Below are positions 30,861-39,980 of a DNA stretch of 64,000 bases, piece after piece (the first letter of the stretch is position 1; every line of letters begins with the position of its first letter). The stretch comes from Hyphomicrobiales bacterium (GTDB lineage: Bacteria; Pseudomonadota; Alphaproteobacteria; Rhizobiales; Aestuariivirgaceae). The translations under genes were made by a program, and so were the position numbers. Below the pieces are notes generated by a model. It was not told where the DNA came from, searched no databases, and saw only the letters and a program-made list of their open reading frames with translations. The stretch is taken from positions 486,435 to 550,434 of the forward strand of contig JAXMCT010000008.1 in assembly GCA_046349235.1 (NCBI GenBank), given 5' to 3'.

Positions 30861-31763
30861 ATGACCGCGATGATGCCACCGAACGCTGACCTGAGCCGAT
30901 CGGCGATCCTGCAACTGGGCAGGACAGCGGTGGTGTGGTGGAGCCCGCTTCAGGGCCAGGAGAACGTCGGCGATTTCCTGTCCTTCTACTTCGTCAATCG
31001 CCTGTTCAGGGCGGCGCGCATCCAGGCCGACGTCTATCGGCTCGTCGGCAGCGTCATCACGGCGACACGGATCCGGAAGGACGTCGAGCACATCGCGCGG
31101 CGCAACGACGCGCGCGTCGCCTTCTGGGGTTGCGGGTGCCGGGACGACGAGGCGCTCCCTTCCGACATCCTTGCCCATGCCAGCTTTCACGGCGTGCGCG
31201 GCCCCCTGACGCGCAGGGTGCTGGGCCTTCCGCCGGACACTCCCCTCGGCGACCCCGGTCTGCTGCTGCCGCTTCTCTACACCCCCGCCGTCTCCGAGCG
31301 CTCGCGCAACAGGACGATCTTCGTTCCGCACATTCTCGATGTGCTGAACAAGCCGCAGGAGACATTGCTGCAAGGCTCCGGGGCCGACAGTCTCGTCTCG
31401 CCCATCGTCGAGAACACACCTGCGGCGGTCGAGCGCTTCATCGACGACATCTGCTCCGCGAACTTCGTGCTGGCGGGCTCGCTGCATGCCGCGATCATCG
31501 CCTGCGCCTATGGAGTTCCATTTTCCTTTTTCGACTCGGGCTACATCGACCAGCCTTTCAAATGGCGCGACTTCAGTGCCTCGATCGACACCGGCACCCA
31601 CTTCCCACGCACGCGTGGCGACGCGGAGGCGGTGTACGACAGGTTCCTGAAGGGCCGGATCAGGCGGCCACCGCTGGCGCCGCTGCTGCAGGCGGCACCA
31701 CTCGAGCCCAGGGATGACATTCTTGCACGTGCCCTGACACACGCCTGGCCGGAGGCGGCGTAA
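30861..31763 (+). CDS. Polysaccharide pyruvyl transferase family protein (ExoV-like)
   Basis: 'NVGDFLS', 'FWGCG', 'GVRGPLTR', 'GDPGLLLP', 'SLHAAIIACAYGVP', 'FKWRDF'; start uncertain. Confidence 0.82.
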   Translation: MTAMMPPNADLSRSAILQLGRTAVVWWSPLQGQENVGDFLSFYFVNRLFRAARIQADVYRLVGSVITATRIRKDVEHIARRNDARVAFWGCGCRDDEALPSDILAHASFHGVRGPLTRRVLGLPPDTPLGDPGLLLPLLYTPAVSERSRNRTIFVPHILDVLNKPQETLLQGSGADSLVSPIVENTPAAVERFIDDICSANFVLAGSLHAAIIACAYGVPFSFFDSGYIDQPFKWRDFSASIDTGTHFPRTRGDAEAVYDRFLKGRIRRPPLAPLLQAAPLEPRDDILARALTHAWPEAA

Positions 31764-31770
31764 CGGCCTG

Positions 31771-32652
31771 CTAGGCCTTGCGGTCGAGGTTCTGGAACCG
31801 CGCGATCAGGCTCGAGGTGTCCCACCGGCCGCCGCCGAGTTTCTGCACCTCGGCATAGAACTGGTCGACGAGCGCCGTGACCGGAAGCGGTGCGCCGTTG
31901 CGGCGGGATTCATCGAGACAGATTCCCAGGTCCTTGCGCATCCAGTCGGCGGCGAAGCCGAAGTCGAACTTGCCGGCGATCATCGTCTTGTGGCGATTCT
32001 CCATTTGCCAGGAGCCGGCGGCCCCCTTGGAGATCACCTCGATCACGTCCTCCATCGGCAGGCCTGATTTCATGCCGAAGTTGATGGCCTCGGCGAGGCC
32101 CTGCACCAGGCCGGCGATGGCAATCTGGTTCACCATCTTGGCGAGCTGGCCCGATCCCGCCGGCCCCAGCAGTTTGCGCATGCGCGAGAAATGCGCGATC
32201 AGCGGTTCTGCCTTGGCATAGTCTTCAGGATCGCCGCCGCACATCACGGTGAGAACGCCATTCTCGGCGCCCGCCTGGCCGCCCGACACCGGCGCATCGA
32301 CGAAGCCCAGGCCCCTGGCCTTGGCGGCCGCATGAAGTTCGCGTGCCACCAGGGCGGAGGCGGTGGTGTGATCGACGAAGACGGCGCCCTTCTTCATGCT
32401 GCGGAAGGCGCCGTCCGGGCCGGTGGTCACCTGGCGAAGGTCATCGTCGTTGCCCACGCAGGCGAAGACGAAATCGGCATCCCTTGCCGCGTCCGCCGGA
32501 GTTGCCGCCGTCGGCCCCTTGAAGGTTTCGGCCCATTTGGCGGCCTTGGACGCTGTACGGTTGTAGACCGTCACAGCCAGGCCGCCACGGCTGACAAGGT
32601 GCCCCGCCATTGGGTAGCCCATCACGCCCAGACCGATCCACGCCACCCGCAT
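31771..32652 (-). CDS. NAD(P)-dependent oxidoreductase (3-hydroxyisobutyrate dehydrogenase family)
   Basis: 'WIGLGVMGYPMAGHL', 'DAPVSGGQAGA', 'GSGQLAKMVNQ', 'KDLGI'. Confidence 0.92.
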   Translation of the reverse strand: MRVAWIGLGVMGYPMAGHLVSRGGLAVTVYNRTASKAAKWAETFKGPTAATPADAARDADFVFACVGNDDDLRQVTTGPDGAFRSMKKGAVFVDHTTASALVARELHAAAKARGLGFVDAPVSGGQAGAENGVLTVMCGGDPEDYAKAEPLIAHFSRMRKLLGPAGSGQLAKMVNQIAIAGLVQGLAEAINFGMKSGLPMEDVIEVISKGAAGSWQMENRHKTMIAGKFDFGFAADWMRKDLGICLDESRRNGAPLPVTALVDQFYAEVQKLGGGRWDTSSLIARFQNLDRKA

Positions 32653-32800
32653 GCCGCAACTCCCCTGCATCCTGACCTGCTTCGTAGGCCATCGTTCTGC
32701 GGGAATCAACGCGCCAGCCACGCGTGAGCCTTGCAAGGCATGGCCTCGATGGCATTATATGGCTATAGATGGTTGACGCATTTCACCGGAGCAGGCCGAC

Positions 32801-33544
32801 GTGAGTATCGAGCGGCGGAATTTCCCGCAGTTCTTCATTACCGCCCCCTCGCCCTGCCCCTATCTCGCGGGCCGGGTGGAGAGGAAGGTATTCACCCATC
32901 TCGTCGGCCACGATGCGCGCAGCCTCAACACGCAACTGAGCCAGGGCGGCTTCCGCCGCAGCCAGAACATCGCCTACCGCCCGGCCTGCGACGGTTGTTC
33001 GTCCTGCGTTTCGGTGCGCGTGCCGGTCAACACCTTCGAGATGACGCGGGGCTTCCGCCGGACGCAGAAGTTCAACGCCGACGTCGATGCGAGCGTGGTG
33101 AAGAGCCACGCCACGTCTGAGCATTATTCGCTGTTCCGCAGCTACATCGACAGCCGGCACAGCGACGGCGGCATGGCGGACATGACGGTGCTCGACTTTT
33201 CCGCCATGGTCGACGACAATTTCGTCGATAGCCGCCTGGTCGAGTATCGCGTGCGCGACGGGGGAGAGACGGGCGGCAGGCTCATCGCCGCAGTGCTCAT
33301 CGACATACTCGGCGACGGCATTTCGATGATCTACAGCTTCTATGATCCGGACGAGGCGGCGCGCAGCCTCGGCACCTTCATGATCCTCGACAACATCGCG
33401 CGGGTGCGCAGGCTCGGCCTGCCATACCTCTATCTCGGATACTGGGTGCGCGGGTCGCGCAAGATGGACTACAAGGCGCGCTTCCTTCCGCAGGAAAGGT
33501 TAACGGCGGAAGGTTGGACGCTGCATCGCAGCAACAGCGTATAA
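32801..33544 (+). CDS. bpt: Aspartate/glutamate leucyltransferase (ATE1-like arginyltransferase family)
   Basis: 'PSPCPYL', '[16 protein letters not shown]', '[10 protein letters not shown]', 'YSFYDP', 'SLGTF', 'YLGYWV..S.KMDYK'. Confidence 0.92.
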   Translation: MSIERRNFPQFFITAPSPCPYLAGRVERKVFTHLVGHDARSLNTQLSQGGFRRSQNIAYRPACDGCSSCVSVRVPVNTFEMTRGFRRTQKFNADVDASVVKSHATSEHYSLFRSYIDSRHSDGGMADMTVLDFSAMVDDNFVDSRLVEYRVRDGGETGGRLIAAVLIDILGDGISMIYSFYDPDEAARSLGTFMILDNIARVRRLGLPYLYLGYWVRGSRKMDYKARFLPQERLTAEGWTLHRSNSV

Positions 33545-33574
33545 TCACTTAGAAGTTGTTGACCCTAGGGCAAT

Positions 33575-33592
33575 TCTACGCTTGTCTGTAGA
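33575..33592. promoter_or_regulatory. 18-bp inverted repeat TCTAC-N8-GTAGA (contains CT-N12-AG)
   Basis: Seen directly in AT-rich spacer about 30 bp upstream of the DMT gene; function inferred. Confidence 0.4.
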
Positions 33593-33620
33593 CGTTTGTT
33601 ACGACTAGTGAAGTGTCTTG

Positions 33621-34544
33621 ATGCCTTTTGATTCTCCGCCATCGGGCCGCCAGATCGGCGCAGCCTTCTTCATTACCGCGCTTGGCGGCCTGCTTTTCAC
33701 TTTCGATCTTCCCTTGCTCCGGCTTTCAATGGCGGATCAGTGGACGATGGTGTTTGTGCGCGGGTTGCTGCTGTTCACCACCCTGTCGTTCGGCTGGCTG
33801 GTGGCGCGGTGGATGGGCGACCGTGCGCCTTTTCTCGCTGGCGGAGCCGGCATCGCGGTGGCCTGCGTCAGCACCTTCGGCAACATCTCCTACATCGGCG
33901 CTGTGGTGCATGCGCCCGCGGCGAATGTGGTATTCCTCATCGCCCTCACGCCGGTGATCGCCGCTACGCTTTCGCACGTGGTGCTTGGTGAAAAGGTGCA
34001 TGGTTACACCTGGCTCGCCACCATCCTCGCACTGTCCGGTGCGGCCCTCATCGCCTCGCAGGGAATCGACAGCGGCCACTGGGTGGGCGACGGCCTGGCG
34101 ATGATCTCTGCCTTCTGCTCGGCTACCATCCTCACCATCATCCGCGCCACCGGCCGGAAGGTGGCGACCAGCCTGGCCCTCGGCAGCCTCGCCTCCTCGG
34201 TGATCGCGCTGACCTTCTTCCACATCGTGCCATCGACGCTGTTCGGCTTCGGTGCCTTCGGGGTGCCGACGCTGCTGTGGCTGGGCCTCAACGGGCTGGT
34301 GGTCATGCCGCTCGCCACCGTGCTTCTGGCCCGGGGACCCCGCCTGCTGCCGTCCGCCGACGTCAGCATGTTCTTCATGCTGGAAACCATCCTGACGCCG
34401 ATCTGGACATGGATGCTGTTTGCCGAGGCACCCTCGCCGCGAGTCCTCGCAGGTGGCCTGCTGCTCATCCTGACCCTGCTCGCGCACAGCTGGTGGCGCC
34501 TCGCCGTTTCCCTGCGGCCAGCCGAGGAGGCATCGCCGTCGTAA
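33621..34544 (+). CDS. DMT/EamA-family transporter
   Basis: ~10 TM segments, 'ANVVFLIALTPVIAA', 'LGEKV', 'GDGLA', 'LETILTPIWTWMLFAEAP'. Confidence 0.9.
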   Translation: MPFDSPPSGRQIGAAFFITALGGLLFTFDLPLLRLSMADQWTMVFVRGLLLFTTLSFGWLVARWMGDRAPFLAGGAGIAVACVSTFGNISYIGAVVHAPAANVVFLIALTPVIAATLSHVVLGEKVHGYTWLATILALSGAALIASQGIDSGHWVGDGLAMISAFCSATILTIIRATGRKVATSLALGSLASSVIALTFFHIVPSTLFGFGAFGVPTLLWLGLNGLVVMPLATVLLARGPRLLPSADVSMFFMLETILTPIWTWMLFAEAPSPRVLAGGLLLILTLLAHSWWRLAVSLRPAEEASPS

Positions 34545-34726
34545 CGGAACGTATTTTTCTCTTCTCCGGCTGCAATCGTTTAGACTTACTATAGAAGATC
34601 TACCTACAATGTGATTGACGCAGCGTAGGCTTTGGACGATCATCTCCTGAGCTTGACCTGCCGGGTTGCCTCGGCAGCCAGTCCTGAATACCGGGATTTC
34701 ATGTTTCAAGTTGTCGGGGTAAGTGT

Positions 34727-35497
34727 ATGTATGCGTTGAATGTTGGCCTTCAGGGTGTGCAGCCTGTCGGTGCCGATACGGGCCTCGCGGACCCGCTCAG
34801 GACCGTCATGGCGATCTCCACCCTGCTGGAGGCCGGGGCCGAGCAAGGCCTCACCTTCCATATTTCCTCCGACTTCGCCGGACTTGCCCGCGAACGCCGC
34901 CGCCTTCGCAACAGCGAAGTCTCCCCCATGTTCGACCCGCAGGCCTGCCGGAGCCTCTCCGAGCGCGGCTTCTGGATGTCGCTGGTCGACAGGGACGGCA
35001 ACACCGTGGGCCTGCAGGCCTTCCGCCTCGACGATGCCGACCCCAACCTGGCCGAATGGGTGCTGGGCTGGATGATGGGGCTCTATGCCCGGCGCCGGGA
35101 AATGATCGTGCCGCGCGCCGTGATGCCGCCGGAACATTCCCTGTCCCACCTGATCCGGGGCCGCATCGTGTATCATGGCGAGCTGTGGATCGATAAGCAC
35201 TGCAAGGTCGGCTTCCCGGTCTTCCCGCGCATCGGCATGCTGCTGGCCATGGTGAAGTGGCAGCCCGAGGCGATCTGGGCGCTGACCGGCCAGTCGATGG
35301 CAACCCGCGGCCACATGGTGCGCATGGGCTATGGCCATCTCGAACAGAGCTTCCTGACCTGGGAATGGGAGCCGGATGGCGCGGAGCAGGCCGAATGGAT
35401 CGGCGTGGCCCTGCGCCGTCACCTCGAGTTCTCGATCGCGGAACTGTCTTCGGCGCCGACTACAGAGGCGAGATATCAACCTCTGCAAGCTCCGTGA
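34727..35497 (+). CDS. Hypothetical protein, possibly GNAT/acyl-transferase (autoinducer-synthase/FeeM-like) fold
   Basis: Coding-like 256-aa ORF; 'FWMSLVDRDGNTVGLQAFRL...GRIVYHGELWIDK...W.PEAIWAL...RMGY' resembles GNAT topology (inference); start uncertain. Confidence 0.6.
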   Translation: MYALNVGLQGVQPVGADTGLADPLRTVMAISTLLEAGAEQGLTFHISSDFAGLARERRRLRNSEVSPMFDPQACRSLSERGFWMSLVDRDGNTVGLQAFRLDDADPNLAEWVLGWMMGLYARRREMIVPRAVMPPEHSLSHLIRGRIVYHGELWIDKHCKVGFPVFPRIGMLLAMVKWQPEAIWALTGQSMATRGHMVRMGYGHLEQSFLTWEWEPDGAEQAEWIGVALRRHLEFSIAELSSAPTTEARYQPLQAP

Positions 35498-36224
35498 CCA
35501 CCCGCACGCCCTTGCGGCTGCGCCCCTTGAGAAGCGGCAGGACGACACGCTGATAGGGCACCCACACGACATCGCCGCGGGCTGACGCCATGGCGGCATA
35601 GATGTGGTCGTAGTGCGGCTCGCCACTGCGCATCACTGCCGGGTAGGCCCGGCTCACCGCCTCGTCGTAGGAATGTCCGATGAGGCAGGGATAGGAGACG
35701 GGGTTCAATCCCCACAGCCGGGCAATGGTCGACTGCGGCCCGACCCGCGCCACGCGGTAGCGCTGCGAGGACGGATCATAGGCGCAGTCGATCGACACAT
35801 CCTCGCTCGCCGCATTGTCGCGCAACGCCTTCTGGAGAACGGCTGGCACGCTGCGGCGGGTCTCCGCGACCTTGCGGATGTAGACCGTCTGCGAAAGGTG
35901 CACGTCGCTCTTGTGGATGAGGTGGTGGATGCGGTCTGCCGCTGCCCAGGGCTGTTCGTGGCGCTCGTTGAACCAGCCGGCGGAATAATACTGCAGATGG
36001 AAGGGCCCGAAGGCTCCCTGCAGCCATTCGGCGGCGAAGTAGAGAGAGGCCCAGTTGCGCGAGAACATGGTCCAGCGGACGCTGGTGCCCTGCTCGTTCT
36101 CGGTGATCCTGACGAAGCCGGTTCGCTGCAGGAGGTCGCGTTCCTCGACGGGTGAGCCGTTTGCCGCCGCGGCCGGCGGCGGCACGATGCGGCCATCGAG
36201 CACCCAGTGATCAGTCGAAGCCAT
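35460..36224 (-). CDS. Hypothetical protein with C-terminal PAS-like (PAS_5/DUF1457-like) segment
   Basis: AAGGGG RBS; C-terminal 'YDEAVSRAY..VMRSGEPHYDHI......VPYQRVVLPL' resembles PAS_5-type terminal strands (inference). Confidence 0.65.
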   Translation of the reverse strand: MASTDHWVLDGRIVPPPAAAANGSPVEERDLLQRTGFVRITENEQGTSVRWTMFSRNWASLYFAAEWLQGAFGPFHLQYYSAGWFNERHEQPWAAADRIHHLIHKSDVHLSQTVYIRKVAETRRSVPAVLQKALRDNAASEDVSIDCAYDPSSQRYRVARVGPQSTIARLWGLNPVSYPCLIGHSYDEAVSRAYPAVMRSGEPHYDHIYAAMASARGDVVWVPYQRVVLPLLKGRSRKGVRVVTELAEVDISPL

Positions 36225-36285
36225 GGCGATCGTTCATCCCCCTTCCCGTTCGGTCCCACCGGGGGTGCACTCTACAGGGTGGGGC

Positions 36286-36300
36286 TTAATGCAACCTTAG
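36286..36300. promoter_or_regulatory. CtrA-like binding site
   Basis: TTAA-TGCAACC-TTAG, one mismatch from TTAA-N7-TTAA, about 60 bp upstream of the 35460-36224 gene. Confidence 0.45.
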
Positions 36301-36320
36301 CGAGCGTTGTGCCTCTATGC

Positions 36321-37451
36321 CTAGTCCAGCGTCACGCGGTAGCGGCTGATGGCGACCGCCACCACCACGACCAGCATGAGGGCCAGCACGGCCAGCTGCT
36401 CCGACATCTGCGCAACCGTCGCGCCCTTGAGCATCAGCCCACGGACGATCCTGAGGAAATGCGTTGCGGGGATGAACTCGCCGATGGCCTGCGCCCATTC
36501 GGGCATGCCGCGGAAGGGAAATGCGAAGCCCGAGAGCAGGATCGACGGCAGCAGGAAGAAGATCGACATCTGCATGGCCTGCAGCTGGTTCTGCGCCAGC
36601 GTCGAGAAGGCGAAGCCGATGGCGAGATTGATGGTGATGAACAGCAGGGTCGCCACCGCGAAGAGACCGACACTGCCGACGAAGGGCACACCGAACAGAA
36701 GCCGCGCCGCGGTGATGATGACCGCCACCTGCACCATGCCGATCAGCACATAGGGCGCGATCTTTCCCGCCATCACCTCGATGGGTTTCACCGGCATGGC
36801 GAGGAGATTTTCCATGGTGCCGCGCTCGCGCTCGCGGGTGACCGCCAGCGCCGTCATCATCACCATGGTCATGGTGAGGATCACGCCCAGCAGCCCGGGC
36901 ACGATGTTGTAGCGCGTGACACCTTCGGGATTGTAGCGCTTGTGCAGCACGATCCCGACGGGCGAATCCCTCGGCCGTTCGCCGGCGAGCGGCCCTTTCA
37001 GCTCGCGCGCCAGGGTCTGGTTCACCGCCTGGCTCACGGCACTCATCGCCGGCCCCGTGGTCGCGGGATCGGTGGCATCGGCCTCGACGGAAATCTGGGG
37101 ATCCTCGCCGCGCACCAGCTTCTTCGTCAGGTCGGCAGGGATGGTGACGACGAACTGGACGTCTCCCCGCTGCAGAAGCGCGTCGGCCTCGGCCTCCGTC
37201 GCCGCCTCGCGGGTGATGGTGAAGTAGCCGGTATTCTGGATGGCGGCGATGATGCTGCGCGAAAGTTCCGAATGCTCCGAAACCAGTACCGCCGTCGGCA
37301 GGCCCTTGGGATCGGCGTTGATGGCAAAGCCGAAGAGCACGAGCTGGACGATGGGCACGACGAACATCATGGCGAAGGTCAGCCGGTCGCGGCGAAGCTG
37401 CAGCGCCTCCTTGATGATCATCGCCCAGAGCCTGGCGAAAAAGTCGGTCAC
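36321..37451 (-). CDS. ABC-2 type exporter permease (YbhR/S-like)
   Basis: 'KEALQLRRDR', 'YNPE', 'VPGLLG', 'RERERGTMENLL', 'LLSGF.FP..GMP'; GTG overlaps upstream stop. Confidence 0.9.
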   Translation of the reverse strand: MTDFFARLWAMIIKEALQLRRDRLTFAMMFVVPIVQLVLFGFAINADPKGLPTAVLVSEHSELSRSIIAAIQNTGYFTITREAATEAEADALLQRGDVQFVVTIPADLTKKLVRGEDPQISVEADATDPATTGPAMSAVSQAVNQTLARELKGPLAGERPRDSPVGIVLHKRYNPEGVTRYNIVPGLLGVILTMTMVMMTALAVTRERERGTMENLLAMPVKPIEVMAGKIAPYVLIGMVQVAVIITAARLLFGVPFVGSVGLFAVATLLFITINLAIGFAFSTLAQNQLQAMQMSIFFLLPSILLSGFAFPFRGMPEWAQAIGEFIPATHFLRIVRGLMLKGATVAQMSEQLAVLALMLVVVVAVAISRYRVTLD

Positions 37452-38377
37452 GCCGCCGCCTCCATGTTGTCCTGTGCCTGACCCATGAGATGGATGAACA
37501 CGTCCTCCAGCGTCGGTTCTGCATCCTCCCACGCAAGCCCGCGGCCGCGGAGGGGCTCGACCGCGCGCCACAGCGCTTCACGATCGGGGCCGCAGACGTG
37601 GAGCGTGGTGCCGAAGGCCGCCGCCGCGGTGATGCCGGGAACGTCGCGCAGATCGGGCGCGAGCCGATCCGCGCCCGGGCCCGTCGCGACGAGTGCCGAA
37701 AGGCCGGAGGCTTCGATGATCTCCTCCGCCGTGCCGCGCGCCATCAGCTTGCCATAGGCGATATAGGCGATCTCGTGGCAGCGCTCGGCCTCGTCCATGT
37801 AATGGGTCGAGACCAGCACGGTGATGCCCTGCGCAGCGAGCGTGTGGATCTCGTCCCAGAAGGCGCGGCGCGCCTTGGGGTCCACACCCGCCGTGGGCTC
37901 GTCGAGCAGCAAGAGCTTCGGTTCGTGCAGCACGCAGGCAGCGAGGGCCAGGCGCTGCTTCCAGCCGCCCGAAAGCGCGCCGGTCAGCTGATGCTGGCGC
38001 GAGACAAGGCCCAGACGCTCGAGTGACTGGTCCACCACCTGGCGCAGGTTCCTGAGGCGGTAGAGCCTGCCGACGAACTCGAGGTTCTGGCGGATCGTCA
38101 GATCCTCGTAGAGGCCGAAGCGCTGCGTCATGTAGCCGGCCTGGGCCTTCACCGCGTCGCGCTCGGTGATGATGTCGTGTCCGAGGCAGGTGCCCTCGCC
38201 GCCGTCGGGCGTGAGCAGGCCGCAGATCATGCGCAGCGTGGTGGTCTTGCCGGAGCCGTTGGGACCGAGGAAGCCGCAGATGCGGCCGGGCATGATCCTG
38301 AGGTCGACGTGATCGACGACGGTGCGGTTGCCATAGCGCTTTACCAGTCCCTTGACGTCGATGGCGGGCGTGGTCAT
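37448..38377 (-). CDS. ABC exporter ATP-binding protein (YbhF-like)
   Basis: Walker A 'GPNGSGKTT', 'LSGGWKQR', 'LLLDEPT', 'STHYMDEA'. Confidence 0.93.
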   Translation of the reverse strand: MTTPAIDVKGLVKRYGNRTVVDHVDLRIMPGRICGFLGPNGSGKTTTLRMICGLLTPDGGEGTCLGHDIITERDAVKAQAGYMTQRFGLYEDLTIRQNLEFVGRLYRLRNLRQVVDQSLERLGLVSRQHQLTGALSGGWKQRLALAACVLHEPKLLLLDEPTAGVDPKARRAFWDEIHTLAAQGITVLVSTHYMDEAERCHEIAYIAYGKLMARGTAEEIIEASGLSALVATGPGADRLAPDLRDVPGITAAAAFGTTLHVCGPDREALWRAVEPLRGRGLAWEDAEPTLEDVFIHLMGQAQDNMEAAA

Positions 38378-39348
38378 TGCAGCGGTTCCACCTCGATCGG
38401 AAGGCCCGGCCGCAGTTCGCCATCACTGGCGCCGGGCCTGGCTTCGACGAGATAGACGAGCTTGGCGCGCGCCGTCTCCGAATAGATGACGGGTGGAGTG
38501 TATTCCGGCTGGCTGGATACGTGGCTTATGACGGCGGTCTTGAGACCGGTGCAGCCATCGCACTTGAACTGGATGGAGCGGCCCGGCTGCGCCGCGGCCA
38601 GCACCGTCTCCGGCACGAAGAAGCGCAGCGTCACGTCGGCGGGCTTGAGCAGCGACACGACGGGCTGGCCGGCGGCCACCCACTCGCCCGCCTTGAAGAA
38701 CACGTCGTCCACCCGGGCGTCGGCCGGGGCGACAGGGGAGAGATCACCGAGCTTCTCCTTCGCTTGTGCCAGCTGGGCTTCCGCCTCGCTGACGCGCGAG
38801 GTGGCAGCGTCGATCTCCGGTCCGCGGGCGGGAAGTGCCGCCACCTGTTCGGAGGCCTTCAGCTCGATCAGGCGCTGCTCGTAGAGCTTCACCTGCTCCT
38901 GCGCCTGGTCGAGGCGCGACTGCGCTGCGGTGCCGGTGCTGGCGAGCGTGGAGGCACGGGTCAGTTCCTTCTCGGCCAATGACAGGCTGGCCCCGGCCTG
39001 GGCGATCTGCGCACGGATGATCTCGATCTCCTCCGGCCGCTTGCCGGTCAGCAGGTTGTCGCGCGTGGCCTTGGCCGTCGTCACGGCCGCCTGCGCGCGT
39101 TCCACCTCGGCCTTCAGCTGCGCCGGGTCGAGCGCGAACAGCACGGCACCCTGCATCACCTGCTGCCCCTTCACGACATCGATGCTGACGAGGCGGCCGG
39201 CCTGCGGCGCACCGACCATGGTCGTCTCGCCCTCGACATAGCCCAGATAGTTGAACTGCCCGGGGGGCTGCGGCAGCCAGCGGTCGCGGAACAGGAAGGC
39301 GGTGACCGCCAGAGCCACGATGATGAGCGGGAGAATGAACCTTTTCAC
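38374..39348 (-). CDS. HlyD-family membrane fusion protein (YbhG-like)
   Basis: N-terminal TM, 'GYVEG', lipoyl-like 'VVKGQQV', coiled coil, 'EYTPPVIYS', 'LRPGLP'. Confidence 0.9.
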   Translation of the reverse strand: MKRFILPLIIVALAVTAFLFRDRWLPQPPGQFNYLGYVEGETTMVGAPQAGRLVSIDVVKGQQVMQGAVLFALDPAQLKAEVERAQAAVTTAKATRDNLLTGKRPEEIEIIRAQIAQAGASLSLAEKELTRASTLASTGTAAQSRLDQAQEQVKLYEQRLIELKASEQVAALPARGPEIDAATSRVSEAEAQLAQAKEKLGDLSPVAPADARVDDVFFKAGEWVAAGQPVVSLLKPADVTLRFFVPETVLAAAQPGRSIQFKCDGCTGLKTAVISHVSSQPEYTPPVIYSETARAKLVYLVEARPGASDGELRPGLPIEVEPLQ

Positions 39349-39974
39349 GACTGGATGCCCTTGAGGAAGATGTCTGCGTGCTGGGCGGCGAAGGCCTCGG
39401 TATCGAGGGCGTCGGCCCCGATCGGCTCGAACACCGTCTTCCAGATGATGGCGAGAAGCATGGGCCCGATCATCGCGCGCGCCGCGAAACCGGGATCGAC
39501 GGCGCGGAACTCGCCCGAGGCGATGCCGCGGCGGATCAGCCCCTCGAACAGCGGCAGGCCCTGGCCGATGACGGCGTCGAGATAGAGCCTCCCCACCTCA
39601 GGGTGCGCCCGGCTCTCGGAGATGACGATCTTGATGAGTTCAGGAAAGCGCGTGTGGCGCACCTGGCCGGCGAGGAAACCGAGGATGGTGGCAATCAGCG
39701 GCGAGACTGGCCCCTGGTGGGCCTCGACAATGCCGCGGGCGACCGACACGTTGGCCCCCGCCATTTCGTTCACCAGCGCCTTCAGCAGCGCCGTCTTGTC
39801 CTTGAAATAGAGATAGACCCCGGCCTTGCTGAGCCCGGCCCGGGCCGCCACGTCCTCCATCCGCGTCCCGGAAAAGCCTTTTTCGGCAAACAGTTCGAGC
39901 GCCGCCCCGAGAATTTCCGTGGGCCGGGCTTCGGGTCGGCGGGAGGTTCCCGTTATTACTGACCGGTTAGTCAT
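39345..39974 (-). CDS. TetR/AcrR-family regulator
   Basis: 'ILGAALELFAEKGFSGTRMEDVAARAGLSKAGVYLYFKDK' HTH. Confidence 0.92.
   Translation of the reverse strand: MTNRSVITGTSRRPEARPTEILGAALELFAEKGFSGTRMEDVAARAGLSKAGVYLYFKDKTALLKALVNEMAGANVSVARGIVEAHQGPVSPLIATILGFLAGQVRHTRFPELIKIVISESRAHPEVGRLYLDAVIGQGLPLFEGLIRRGIASGEFRAVDPGFAARAMIGPMLLAIIWKTVFEPIGADALDTEAFAAQHADIFLKGIQS
39956..39973. promoter_or_regulatory. Putative TetR operator overlapping the start of its own gene
   Basis: Near-palindrome TTACTGACCGGTTAGTCA centred on ACCGGT. Confidence 0.6.
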
Positions 39975-39980
39975 AACGGG

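Noticed and set aside
33572-33593. AATTCTACGCTTGTCTGTAGAC resembles a Cas12a direct-repeat stem
   Set aside because: Single copy, no spacers, no cas genes; better explained as an operator palindrome
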